20,000 nt of DNA from Rhizaria sp. SCN 62-66 (taxonomy: Eukaryota), in contig MEDY01000318.1 in assembly GCA_001724265.1 (NCBI GenBank), positions 46,025 to 66,024 on the forward strand. The letters are read 5' to 3'. How positions within the stretch are numbered: the first letter of the stretch is position 1; every line of letters begins with the position of its first letter. This document shows, one piece after another, positions 9,742 to 19,687 of the stretch. Under the pieces are notes generated by a model, which worked only from the letters and a program-made list of their open reading frames with translations, made no database searches and was not told the origin of the DNA. The translations under genes were made by a program, and so were the position numbers.

Positions 9742-12700
9742 GACGACACCGGCTGCGACGACACCGGCTGCGATGTGTGCGCGCCACAGCCTCGTCCGCT
9801 CACAGTCGCTCGTGCGCTCGCAGTCGCTCGCGCTCGGGCTCGCGCCGGCACAGCTGCGGTCAACAGGCTCCGGCGCTCGGATTGCTGCCGTGCAGCAAGG
9901 CGACGCCTCCGCCGCCGCCGCCGCAGCTGGTGAAGGCGGCGTTGCCCCGCCGACTGTGGCCGTGACCGTGGCCGGCGCCACCGCACGTGTCAGCGCCCGC
10001 CTCTCCCAGTCAGTCCACGCCGCAGCTGAGGCGGTACACGACGTCACCGAACGTATTCGCCGCGTAGTCGCGCACGCCAGCGCTGAAGGCGCTCTCGCGC
10101 GCTCACGGTCGCGCTCGCGCTCGCGCAACGATGCGGCACGGAGTGCGTCGCGCAGTGCGTCACGCACTTCGGAAGGTGCGTCACGCAGATCTGCCGCAGC
10201 TGGTGGTGGCGGCGTCGATAGCAAAGCACGCAAGGCCGCTTCTGCGGAGGACGATAAGGACGGGTTTACTACTGCAGCGAGACTAGTTGCTGCCGACGGC
10301 GACAGCGGCATCAACGAATACGACGCCGATGCAGACGCTGACGCCAATGATGATGATGAAACTGACGCTCAAGTCAAGGGAGACAAGTACTGTGACAACG
10401 CAGGTTGCCTGAGTCCCGACACCTCCAACGTCACACCCACCGGCCCTGATTCCGTGTCTGACGCTGCGCCTGCGACTGGGACTGTGAGCCCTGTTGTCGC
10501 GACTGTTGGTGGTGTCCGCTCAGGCCGCAGCGCCCGTGGCAGCGACCCCAGCCGCGGCCACAGCCGCGGCCGCAGCCACGATCCCAGCCACAACGATGTC
10601 AACACACGACACACCACTCAGCACGGCGACACACACGCTCACGCGGGCAGTGCTGGGACTGGCGCTTATGTGACTGCGAGCAGCAAGCGTCGTCCGCCGT
10701 CCCCGCTTTACTCCCTCCGCTCAGCCCTCGAGCGCTCTGCCTCTGCGACCGCGTCGGCGTCGGCGTCCTCGTTCACGTTCGCCACGATCGCACCAGCGTC
10801 TGCCGCTCTCGCCGCTGACGGCTTTGCTGCCACTAGCGGGGCCGAGCCGTGTAGCTCGTGCCCTGACTGTGTGGCCGAAGACAAGGCTCGTCTCGCGTCC
10901 AAGGCTGCCGCTGCGGCCGCCGCGGCCACCGCCGAAGCTGTAGCCGCCGCCGCTGCTAGCTCCCCTAGCTCCGGCAGCTCAGGCTCAGGCTGCGCGACGC
11001 CAACCTCTGCGAGCGCTGCAGCCAGTGCTGCGGATGCCCCGCTGCTGGGCTGGCGCGGCGTTGGCTGGGTCGGCACCGCGCTCACCGTGCTATCCCTCGC
11101 CATTTCATCCGTGCTCGAGTCCATCCTGCTCTCCCCTGCGTCCGCCAGCCTCACCGTCACCGCGACTGCCGGCGCGGCCACCACCGCGCGCACTGCGGCG
11201 CCGCTCACGGTCGTTCTCGCGCTCATCGCGCTGGGCTCGGTGCTCGTGGCAGTACCGCTGACCCACGCGCTCGCCGGACACCGCCTCCACAATATCAACG
11301 GCGGCCGCGGCGGTCACCGTGTTATTCTCCCGGCCGCGCTCCCCGCCGCCGTCGCGGCCGCCGGCACGGACGCAGACGCAGACGCGGCCGCTGCCGCTGC
11401 CGCCGCCGCCGCTGCCGTCGGCGGCGGATGGCGTGTGTTCCAGCCGTTCCGCGGTGGCCGCCGCTTCGTCCTCCTGCAGGCGCTGGGCTGGATGCTCTGG
11501 TCGTGCACGCTCGTCGCCGCAGTCTACCTGCTCTGCTTCGCTGACTTACCATCACTGCGCGCGATGGGTGCCGGTGTGGTGACCGTGCCCGGGCTGCTGG
11601 CCGTGATGTCGCAGGTCGCCGTCCTCGCGTCGCTGCGGCACTTCGACAAGTCGGTTGGCAACGTGCTGTGCCAGACTGGACACCCCGGACACAGCAGCAA
11701 CAGACACTATTACCGGAACGCCGGTGGCAGCGGTGCCTCCACGAGTGCGGCTGACTCTTGTGCTGCTGCTGCGACGACTAAGATCGGGTTTTTGCTTCCG
11801 GCAGCGTCTAAGCTCCCGCATCTTCCTAAGCTGGGCAAGCTGCCACCGTTGCCAAAGGACAAGGATGTTTCGAGCCGGCTCGTGTCGTCGGTCGAGGTGT
11901 ACTTGCGCCCGACGCGCTTCCAGCAGCACTTAGATCTGTTGTCGCCGTCGCCGTCGCCGCTGCCGTCGCCGTCACCGGGTGTTTCGCCTTCGCCGTCGTC
12001 GATGCAGAGCGAAAGCAAAGAGGCCACTCTGGCATCGCCTGAGAAGATCCGTGCTCACGGTCACTCCGCCCATGGTCACCACCATCATCATCACAGGTCC
12101 GTGGGCGACGATGAGGAGTCCGGTCATGACGACGGCTTCGACTCGGACTCCGGCTCCGGTTCAGACTCTGACAGCGACAGTGACGATAACAAGACGGAGG
12201 CTTCTTCGCCGACTGCTGCGACGACTGCTGATGGCGGTGATGACACCGCGATCATCGGTGTGAGCCCGAGCCCCACCCCATCCGTCTCCGAGCTTGCCCG
12301 ATACCTGGTCGCGAGTGTCCGTACCTTTGACTGGCGTGTCATGCGTGAGCAACTCCAAGACATTGTTCTGCTCATGCTTATGTACCACACACCCGTTTTT
12401 GGTGCGTTCTTCACGTTCGCGCCCATCGCTGCTGGCTACATCTACGGCACGGCCTCTTGGCCCTTTATCGCCGTCATCGTGATCCAGCTGTACTACTTCT
12501 CGGGCCACTTTTCCAACGCGCACCGCGACGGCTCGCGTGCGCGCGACTGGGCCCGCCAGCACAACGCCGTCTGGCAGGCATTTTATCGGTACTTCAACGC
12601 CACGCTTGTGCTGCCTAGTCGCGAAGAGCTCCAGGCCGCGTGGGATCTGCGCTATTTCGAGCCCGCTCACACGCTCCCCCACAGTGCTGACTCCAACGGC

Positions 12701-13564
12701 AACAACGGCGACGGCGGAGGCAATGGCGACGAGAGCAGTGAGAGCAAAAACCCGAGCAGCACTTCCGCGATCGAGTCCAGTCCCAGCTCCACTGAGTCAG
12801 GGTCTTCTCCTTCTCTGCCGCTGCCCAATACTGAGGCGGCCGCCGACCCTTCCCTGCTGCTGCCGTGGCGCTCTTACCCCGGTGCGACTCTGGACCCCGG
12901 TCAGCCGTATCTCTTCTGCTTCCACCCGCACGGCATCTACCCGATGACGTCATTCTGGGCTACACGCCACGAAGTCTTCCGCTCTGCCGCGCCGGGCGTT
13001 GAGGTCGACGTGCTGGGCGCCAGTGTGCTCGCCTTCTCGCCCGGTTTGCGTGATGTTTTCCTCGCCACCGGCGGCCGGGACGTTAGCCGGGCGTCGATCC
13101 TCAACTGTTTCGCATCGCGACGCAGCTGCTTACTCATCCCCGGTGGCCAGCGCGAGATGAAGTACGCGGACTACTACGACCGCAACTTCACGCTGTACGC
13201 ACGCCACATGGGGTTTGTCCGGCTTGCGCTGCAGGCAGGTGTTCCACTGGTTCCCGTCTTCTCGTTCGGTGAGAACCAGATCTTGCATAACCTGCGGCTG
13301 CCGCGCGTGCAGCTGCTGATTTACCGGCTACTGGGCGTCTTTGTGCCGATGTACCCACACGGGCGCTGGTTCTCGCTCATGCCGAACGCGACCAAGGTCA
13401 CCGTGGTCTTTGGCGCACCGGTGTTTTTGCCGAAGATCGACAACCCCACGGCAGATGAAGTGGCTGCGTTCCACTTTGAGTACTACGGACGCGTGCACGA
13501 GCTGTTTGAGAAGCACAAGGCTGCCGCTGGCTTTGCGGACTCCACGCTCACGCTCGAGCTGTAA
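8333..13564 (+). CDS. DGAT2: Diacylglycerol O-acyltransferase 2 family (DGAT2/MOGAT, DAGAT domain) with a very long N-terminal membrane/low-complexity extension, ~1743 aa
   Basis: C-terminal DGAT2 motifs in canonical order: RYFN (YFP-like), FCFHPHG (HPHG at 12923-12934), PGGQRE, RHMGFVRLALQAGVPLVPVFSFGEN, VVFGAPV...PTADEVAAFHFEYYGRVHELFEKHK; ends TAA. The first in-frame ATG is at 8333 (the ORF track starts at a GTG, 8309). Confidence 0.9.
8510..8584 (+). repeat. GAC/GAT/CAC trinucleotide-derived His/Asp tract
   Basis: Encodes HSEHHDDDDDDDDDDHDHDDDNDHD. Confidence 0.85.
9713..9739 (+). repeat. (GCT)9 microsatellite encoding poly-Ala
   Basis: Perfect GCT run within the DGAT2 frame, followed by a 15-bp tandem duplication acgacaccggctgcg x2 (9743-9772). 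Confidence 0.9.
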
Positions 13565-13679
13565 TGGAGTCCCTGTTCTCACGTGCACGAGCGACAGTTC
13601 ACGTGATACGATCCGTCAACTTTGCTGACTTAATACGATTGTGAATACTCTATATTCGATGTGTTCACGTTGAAGTGAC

Positions 13680-13810
13680 ATTTTACGACTTTGATTCGAG
13701 TCGTTTTCTCTTGTTTACATGTTTTTTTCTTGTGATTTTTTTCTTTTGTTCTATGAGTGAGCACCAAGTAGTTGTTTTTTTCCAACGTCAACGTCAGAAA
13801 TGTTTGTTTG
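13680..13810 (+). terminator. T/GT-rich 3' flank of DGAT2 (probable 3' UTR / cleavage-polyadenylation region)
   Basis: Runs such as gtttttttcttgtgatttttttcttttgtt 120-250 bp after the stop. A mirror A-rich (T-rich on minus) tract follows the minus-strand gene ending at 16762. Confidence 0.4.
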
Positions 13811-14539
13811 ATGCCCTTTATCATCACGCTCTCACCTCAACACATAATGAGTTGTTCTCATGCAAAGGAGTGCAGTGTATTTTAAAAAAATGTCGTGTAT
13901 ATTATAGTGTAGATGTACTATGTAAATTTTTTTTTCGCATGTTTAATTTGACGAAGTTACTGGACATGTGACAGAACTGCTGTCACAGGCCGCGTTACCG
14001 TGTATGTTGTTTGTTTCTTCGTTTCGAATTCAAATTACATCTTCTTTGAATGCGTATTGATATGCATACTGAAATAAAATGCCTATTAACTAACTCTCGT
14101 TAAGCTTGCAACAAAATGTTTCTCATCGTCACCGAGAACACTCAGCTTCTGTAAGTCACAGCTGTAAACTCGACAAAGCAACTGGATGGCAAATATGCCC
14201 CAAGTGTTTCGGGACTTTTAATCACCTACCGGGGCCTAGACAGTAGTCGGGACATACGGTCAACAACAACAATCTTTTCGTCGCACTTAGAACTGATGTG
14301 TAATCTCAAGATAAGCTTATTTTATTGGATTGCTTTTAGCTGTCAACGTGTGAAATAGCAGCAACAGTCACGGACACAACTTTGGGGAAGAATCAACCAG
14401 CAAGGAAAGCGTCACAAACCACCGCAGAATTGAACTGACGCTGCGGCATGAACATGAAAATAAGGTGTTGCTGTAGGGGAATTCACAAACAAGAAATCAG
14501 TGACTCTCGTCGTATCGAAATCCTACAATAAGTATCGAG

Positions 14540-14554
14540 AAAAAAAAAAAAAAA
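14540..14554 (+). repeat. A15 homopolymer
   Basis: 15 consecutive A in the intergenic spacer. Confidence 0.9.
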
Positions 14555-14993
14555 GTTTGCGCATGCAACAACAGTGCGATACATAACTGTTGCAGTCAAA
14601 CCACGCGCAGGCAATCGTTAAGAATGTCATGACAGCACATAAGATTCAGAGTTGCAAGATGATGTAGTCATCACCAAGTTGAAACGCGTCATTCAATTTG
14701 ACTCAGCGTTGGGTTGTGAGCAAGCATGAAAACATTACGACGGTGCAATAAAAACAAATAAATAATCAGAAGCTAGGGCGAAACTAGTCGCAAGACGTTG
14801 CAACAACGCATACTATTGAAGTCAGAAATTAAAAGCCGACAACTTGGGCAATCAGCTAAGCAGGACACCTGTTGTAGAATCCCACGATGCGAGTAACATC
14901 ACCCTCAAACTCAACAACCGGCCGCACGCGCGTGGATATGCTAAACCGCATCCTAATTGGCCCTTGAACAAGACCCATGGCGGCCCTCACTGC

Positions 14994-16216
14994 ATGCCTG
15001 CTGTCAAATGCTGTTTCTGTCAATACTCATCGACCTATAACAGCTCGTCATGTCGCTTCTGCAACGGTCCCCCTACCCTCGTCGATTTCTATCCTTTCCG
15101 CGCTTGTGCTGCCGCGTCTTTTGTGCTTCGTGCCACGTGTTTGATTGTAAGGCATTCGCTACCCCGCTCCGCAGCCAGGACCATTCACCGGGCGAGATGC
15201 ATAGCCACGCCGCCAGCGCTATGTTCACGATGGCTAATGGCGAGCGCGCGCCCAGGGGTTACCTCGCGCAGTGTCCGCTGTGCTGCTCTACCGCGCCCGT
15301 GCTGCGTTCGACGGATCCGCAGCACTACAGCGCGCTCAACGACGGCAGCTACTTCGCCGACCACGACAGCGCGAGCTACTTTGCCGGCCACGACAGCGCG
15401 AGCGCGCGCGCTGACAATGGCGACGCGCAGCGCAACGCCAAGGCGGACAAGGCGCGCGAGAAGCGCTGGCCGCGTGCACGCGCGCAGATTAACGAGTAAA
15501 CGCTTGGTGGCGACTATATGTGCGCGGCCAGCACGGTGATCCGCTTCCCAGTGACATCGGCGACGTCGCACCGCGGCGACTCAGATAACAGCGCTGCGGA
15601 CGAGACCTTGCGCACAGTTACGGCTGAAAAGGCCGCCGCTGCGGTGGCAATATTAGGTCAGCTGTGCAAGCGCAAGCTGACACATTTCAGTCCTCAGTGC
15701 GCGTACTTAGACGCAGTAGACATCGTACCGTGTTCGTTTGTGTCAACCGAGGCTGGGTTTATGATGAGGATGCTGGGTTCTGCGAATATTACCCAAGAAG
15801 CCGGAATTGATACATATATCTCGTCTCGAGCGGCGGTGTTGAGTGGGAAATTTGGTAATAAGATTACCAAGTTTGACCTTATGATGCGCCAAGGTTTTGA
15901 GTCACCAGACGCACTGACGGAAGGTGACGTTGTGGCCACAGATGCGAAGGCTGCAGGACGCACAAACAAGATGAGTTTCAAGACGCTGGCCAACGATCCA
16001 TATCGCGACCATGAAGCCTCAAATCGCATATTGGCAACGATTTTGGTTGCAGCTAAAGCCGCTAAGACCGCAACAATCAAAAACAAGGACTTGTCAATCA
16101 TGCATGCGAAATCTGCCAGTACTGCCTCGCTCAATGTTGAGCAGAACAAAATTGACAAGAATCTAGCTGCACAATGGGCCTGCCGCACGATGCGCATGCC
16201 AGGTCTCAAAAGCTGA
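14994..16216 (+). pseudogene. Probable disrupted gene for a Cys-rich (zinc-binding-like) unknown protein
   Basis: ATG 14994 frame gives MPAVKCCFCQ...CRFCNG. The Cys pattern continues in another frame from ~15096 (LCCRVFCASCH..CK...QCPLCC). ORFs 15050-15499 and 15518-16216 are in the same frame, separated by a single TAA (15497-15499). Confidence 0.5.
15347..15400 (+). repeat. 27-bp tandem duplication (25/27 identical)
   Basis: agctacttcgccgaccacgacagcgcg / agctactttgccggccacgacagcgcg, encoding SYFADHDSA SYFAGHDSA and preserving frame. Confidence 0.9.
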
Positions 16217-16761
16217 ATGACCTGCTTCACTTCAAAATCGTATGCAACAAGGTCAACCGCCACATGAGTGTCGATCCAGAATTAAACTCAATCAGATAAA
16301 TTGTGATGTACATGTATTAAAGCAACAAAATACAAGCTGTGAATGTCGCTCTCGTCAATTAACTGCAAAACGTATGATGGTGGTGGTCGTAAGTTTGTTC
16401 ACGCATTTGTCTGGGTGAATCTGATTAATTTGTAGTGCTCTGATCAGCGGAGTCACGCCACTGCGGCATACATTACGAGACAAACATAGACGTTTGTGCA
16501 TGCTTAGTCAAAGATAAATCCTTTCGGGTGATTCGAGACCTAAGTGGCTGAAAGATAGCCCTAAGACCATGTCGGTGTTGCCAAATTGCAACAACAATAC
16601 CATATTAGCATCAAAGAAGGCCATTAAGAAAACAAAGACAAAAACGTATGATAAAGCTTAATGTGAAAAAGTAAAAGAACACCAATAATAAAAGCATAAT
16701 AATGTGAGGTGAAATGTTAAATGGTTCGAACAGACACAGCTGCACTGTCATGTTATGCAAG

Positions 16762-19542
16762 TTAGATAACATCAGAAATTGTGTCAAGCTGCTTGATGAG
16801 CTGCTTGAGAGTCGTATTATAATCTTCCCAGTTCTCCTCGATAACCTCCATGATCGGGCCGAATTTGCATAGTGTCTGCACTGGCTCCACAATGAAGTCC
16901 AGCAGCCACAGCTTCTGAAACTGGTTGAGCCCCGTAGCGCTCTTCTTCGGCAGCCAGGCAGACAGCGTCGGCGCCAGCATCGCCACCAACTTGCCGATCT
17001 CGCCCAGCGCTTCGACGTGCGTCACCAACGGCGCCAGCGCCGCAAGCGCCTGCAGCAGCCCCGCGCGCACGGCGACACCGCGCAGCTCCCACCCGGGCGC
17101 CATGAAGTCATTGGTGTCGCATTCGAACAGAATCTTGATGATGTACACTGTCCACGGCAGCGGGGTCGTCTTGTCATTTGCACCGACGGCCTGCAGAAGC
17201 GCAAAGAGCGAACCAAGATGCGACTTGGACAAGTCAACACGTGCCTGCTCGCGCGTCGCCGGTATGGGGAACTTGTTGACGTCGCGCGGCGCGAAGACAT
17301 CCTTCCACGCGGCGCCGGTGCGGTTCTGCTCCCACAATGTGCCGCGCAAGCAGCTGGAGATAATCGGGGAGTTGGCCAGATACGTCATATCTTCCAGCAC
17401 AAGGCGTGCGCAGCGGTGGCCCGCGTCCCACAGCGTCGGTGACAACAGGTGGAGATAGGCGTTAGCGGCACCGCGGCGCACAAGAGGGTAGAGCAGCTCA
17501 AACGGCGGTGAACCACTGGTCTCATTGGGCGCTGCAAGTCGAGATAGCAGGTCAGACCACGTCCTGAAAGTCCTAGACTCGAAAAAGAGTGAAGGCATGT
17601 ATCGCACCAGGGGAAGCATGGAGAAGATGTTGGCTGCAAGTGCGTCACACATTAGCCAGACGATAGGCAGCCGCGGCATGTCAGCGTCGGCTTCAAGCTC
17701 ATAAGTCTCGTCAGACTTCTTATCCTTCTTGTACGCCGCCACAGCCGCAACAAAAGAGCGAAGGTTTTTCTCTTCTGTTAGTGCAACAGCTGCAATTTGC
17801 GCAGCGACTTCGGGAACGACCGATTCGCGCACCGCCGCAATCGCGCGGTCCGCGGCGCTTTGCCAGGCGGCGGCCGCAACGCCGCCGTTCCGGTCCCAGA
17901 GCGCTGTGTCGAACTCCGTGGCCTTGAGAGATCCGTCCTCACGGGGGTCCTCGCACGGCAGCGTAAGGCCGAGATCGAAGGAGTCGTTGGAGAACGCAAC
18001 CATAAGGTTGTCGCACATCTTCGCCACAGCCATCAGACGAGCAAGATCGGGGCTAGGCGCAGCAAACTTGTCTGCAGCGCTGACATTCTTTGTCGCAGCT
18101 GCAGCTGCAGCAGCTTTGGCAGAGGCAGCAGCAAGCTTTGCTGCCAGGACTGTTGGCACGCCGAGTAAAGAGCTGCAGATAAGGGCAGGGACGTGGGCGA
18201 CGGCCAACATGTGAGCTCCAATGCGCGCAACCGCGTAGTGTTTAGTCACACGATGTTGGTCAAGTAAGGCCGTGACAATCCATGAATCACCGTGATCCGT
18301 CTCGATTACGCTTGAAGACAGTACCACAAGCGCCACAAGCATGTCCAAGTAAACGTTGTCTTTGCAATCCAGAGTCCGCAGAGCTCGCTCGATTAAACGC
18401 AACATCTTGAACTCAACGCAGCCATCGAATGAGGCCGGCACCAAATCAACCGAGTCGTCGCACGCGCCCACAAGCGGCTTCTCGTCGTCAGCGGGCTCGG
18501 TCGGAAGCGCGATCGGCACAGGACTGTTCTCAGCCCACGCCGCGAGGCCGACATACTTGCTGTAATGAAACGCGCTGCTGGCCGCACCGCAGATCGCCTC
18601 CACCAGCGGTGGGTTTGACAGCGGCGCCACCCACAGCGCGCTGAGCAGCGACGGCGCCAGTCCGCGCGCAAACCGGGCGCGGTAGCGGCGCGGGGCGGTG
18701 GACGCGAGCCCGCGCAGTGCAATTGCCGCCAGCGCGGCGTCGGTGCCCATGGGCGAATAGAGCAGTGGCACCAACGCGGCGCGAGTGGCGGCCACGGCGG
18801 CGGGCGTGTCGTAAAAGTGCGCGACGCGGCGGCGCAGAAAGCGCAGCACGCGCTTGACGAGGCAGGCGTGCGTGATGCTCTCGGCGCCGGCGCGCACGCG
18901 GTCTGCAGTCGCGCCGGTGAGCTCTTCGTCCTCGGCGTCCTCGCCAAGCTCCTCCAGAGTCAAGTCCTCGCGGTCACCGAGGCGCTCATTGTACTTTTCG
19001 TCATCATCGTCGCCCTCGTCGCCCTCGTCGCCTTCATCACCTTCGTCGCCCTCGTCGCCCTCGTCGACCTCGTCGACCTCGTCGACCTCGACGACCTCAT
19101 TGGAGTCGCTTTCGTTGGAGCTGAGGCCATCCTCATCCTGGTCCTGGTCCTCGTCCTCGTCTTCATCCTGAGTCTCCGCATTGCTGCGACGGTGACCTAC
19201 GACGGAGAACACAGCGCCGACGTAGACTTTGAGGTGATTCAGCATGTCTGCGAATGACGCGAGCCGCAGCAAAGCGGGTCGGCGGGTGCCTGTGTTGCTC
19301 GAGTGAAGTTCAGCAACTGCCGGGATAGCCTGAAAGTGGGCATCGAGAACGGCAAGCACATCCTCTGGGGTAAGAGGAAAGTCGTTGCGCTCGTTGTAGA
19401 ACCTCGTGCGCATAAGGCGAGTGCCACGACAAAGCTTGGCAATGTAGGATCGGACTGAGGTTGTTAGTTCACGCCCAAGCATAAGCTTAACATCGCGCGC
19501 AACCGTTCGCGCAAAGGTATACTCATCTGACGTGTTTGTCAT
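16762..19542 (-). CDS. Hypothetical protein, ~926 aa, acidic tract followed by a Leu/Ala-rich helical (ARM/HEAT-like) region
   Basis: Long ORF ending TAA; first ATG at 19542 (MTNTSDEY; the track starts at TTG 19557). Amphipathic helical segments such as GLAPSLLSALW...PLVEAICGAASSAF and AVRAGLLQALAALAP...EALGEIGKLVAML. No diagnostic motif recognised. Confidence 0.8.
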   Translation of the reverse strand: MTNTSDEYTFARTVARDVKLMLGRELTTSVRSYIAKLCRGTRLMRTRFYNERNDFPLTPEDVLAVLDAHFQAIPAVAELHSSNTGTRRPALLRLASFADMLNHLKVYVGAVFSVVGHRRSNAETQDEDEDEDQDQDEDGLSSNESDSNEVVEVDEVDEVDEGDEGDEGDEGDEGDEGDDDDEKYNERLGDREDLTLEELGEDAEDEELTGATADRVRAGAESITHACLVKRVLRFLRRRVAHFYDTPAAVAATRAALVPLLYSPMGTDAALAAIALRGLASTAPRRYRARFARGLAPSLLSALWVAPLSNPPLVEAICGAASSAFHYSKYVGLAAWAENSPVPIALPTEPADDEKPLVGACDDSVDLVPASFDGCVEFKMLRLIERALRTLDCKDNVYLDMLVALVVLSSSVIETDHGDSWIVTALLDQHRVTKHYAVARIGAHMLAVAHVPALICSSLLGVPTVLAAKLAAASAKAAAAAAATKNVSAADKFAAPSPDLARLMAVAKMCDNLMVAFSNDSFDLGLTLPCEDPREDGSLKATEFDTALWDRNGGVAAAAWQSAADRAIAAVRESVVPEVAAQIAAVALTEEKNLRSFVAAVAAYKKDKKSDETYELEADADMPRLPIVWLMCDALAANIFSMLPLVRYMPSLFFESRTFRTWSDLLSRLAAPNETSGSPPFELLYPLVRRGAANAYLHLLSPTLWDAGHRCARLVLEDMTYLANSPIISSCLRGTLWEQNRTGAAWKDVFAPRDVNKFPIPATREQARVDLSKSHLGSLFALLQAVGANDKTTPLPWTVYIIKILFECDTNDFMAPGWELRGVAVRAGLLQALAALAPLVTHVEALGEIGKLVAMLAPTLSAWLPKKSATGLNQFQKLWLLDFIVEPVQTLCKFGPIMEVIEENWEDYNTTLKQLIKQLDTISDVI
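19007..19096 (-). repeat. Ten-unit 9-bp minisatellite encoding (V/G)DE repeats
   Basis: Plus-strand units tcgtcgccc-type x6 (including variants tcgtcgcct and tcatcacct), tcgtcgacc x3, tcgacgacc; protein EVVEVDEVDEVDEGDEGDEGDEGDEGDEGDD. Confidence 0.9.
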
Positions 19543-19687
19543 CGTCAATTTCGGCAAAAATTGTGCTATATGATCTCTTCAAATCGTCGTCTATGGCAAA
19601 TTAACGAACGCAAAAGCAGACGACGTTTGCGTGCAAAACGACATAGAAGGCAGATAGTTCGAGTGGTTAGTCATTCGCACAAATGTA

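Noticed and set aside
8465-13588. Antisense ORFs over DGAT2 (291 aa, 249 aa, 196 aa, poly-Q and poly-S ends)
   Set aside because: Antisense readouts of GCC/GCT-rich low-complexity coding sequence.
13630-13971. Phe-rich and Lys-rich short ORFs after DGAT2 (similarly 16611-16892)
   Set aside because: Products of T-rich/A-rich 3' flanking sequence.
15694-16263. 189-aa minus-strand ORF
   Set aside because: In-register antisense mirror of the plus-strand frame; the plus frame is continuous with upstream coding-like sequence.
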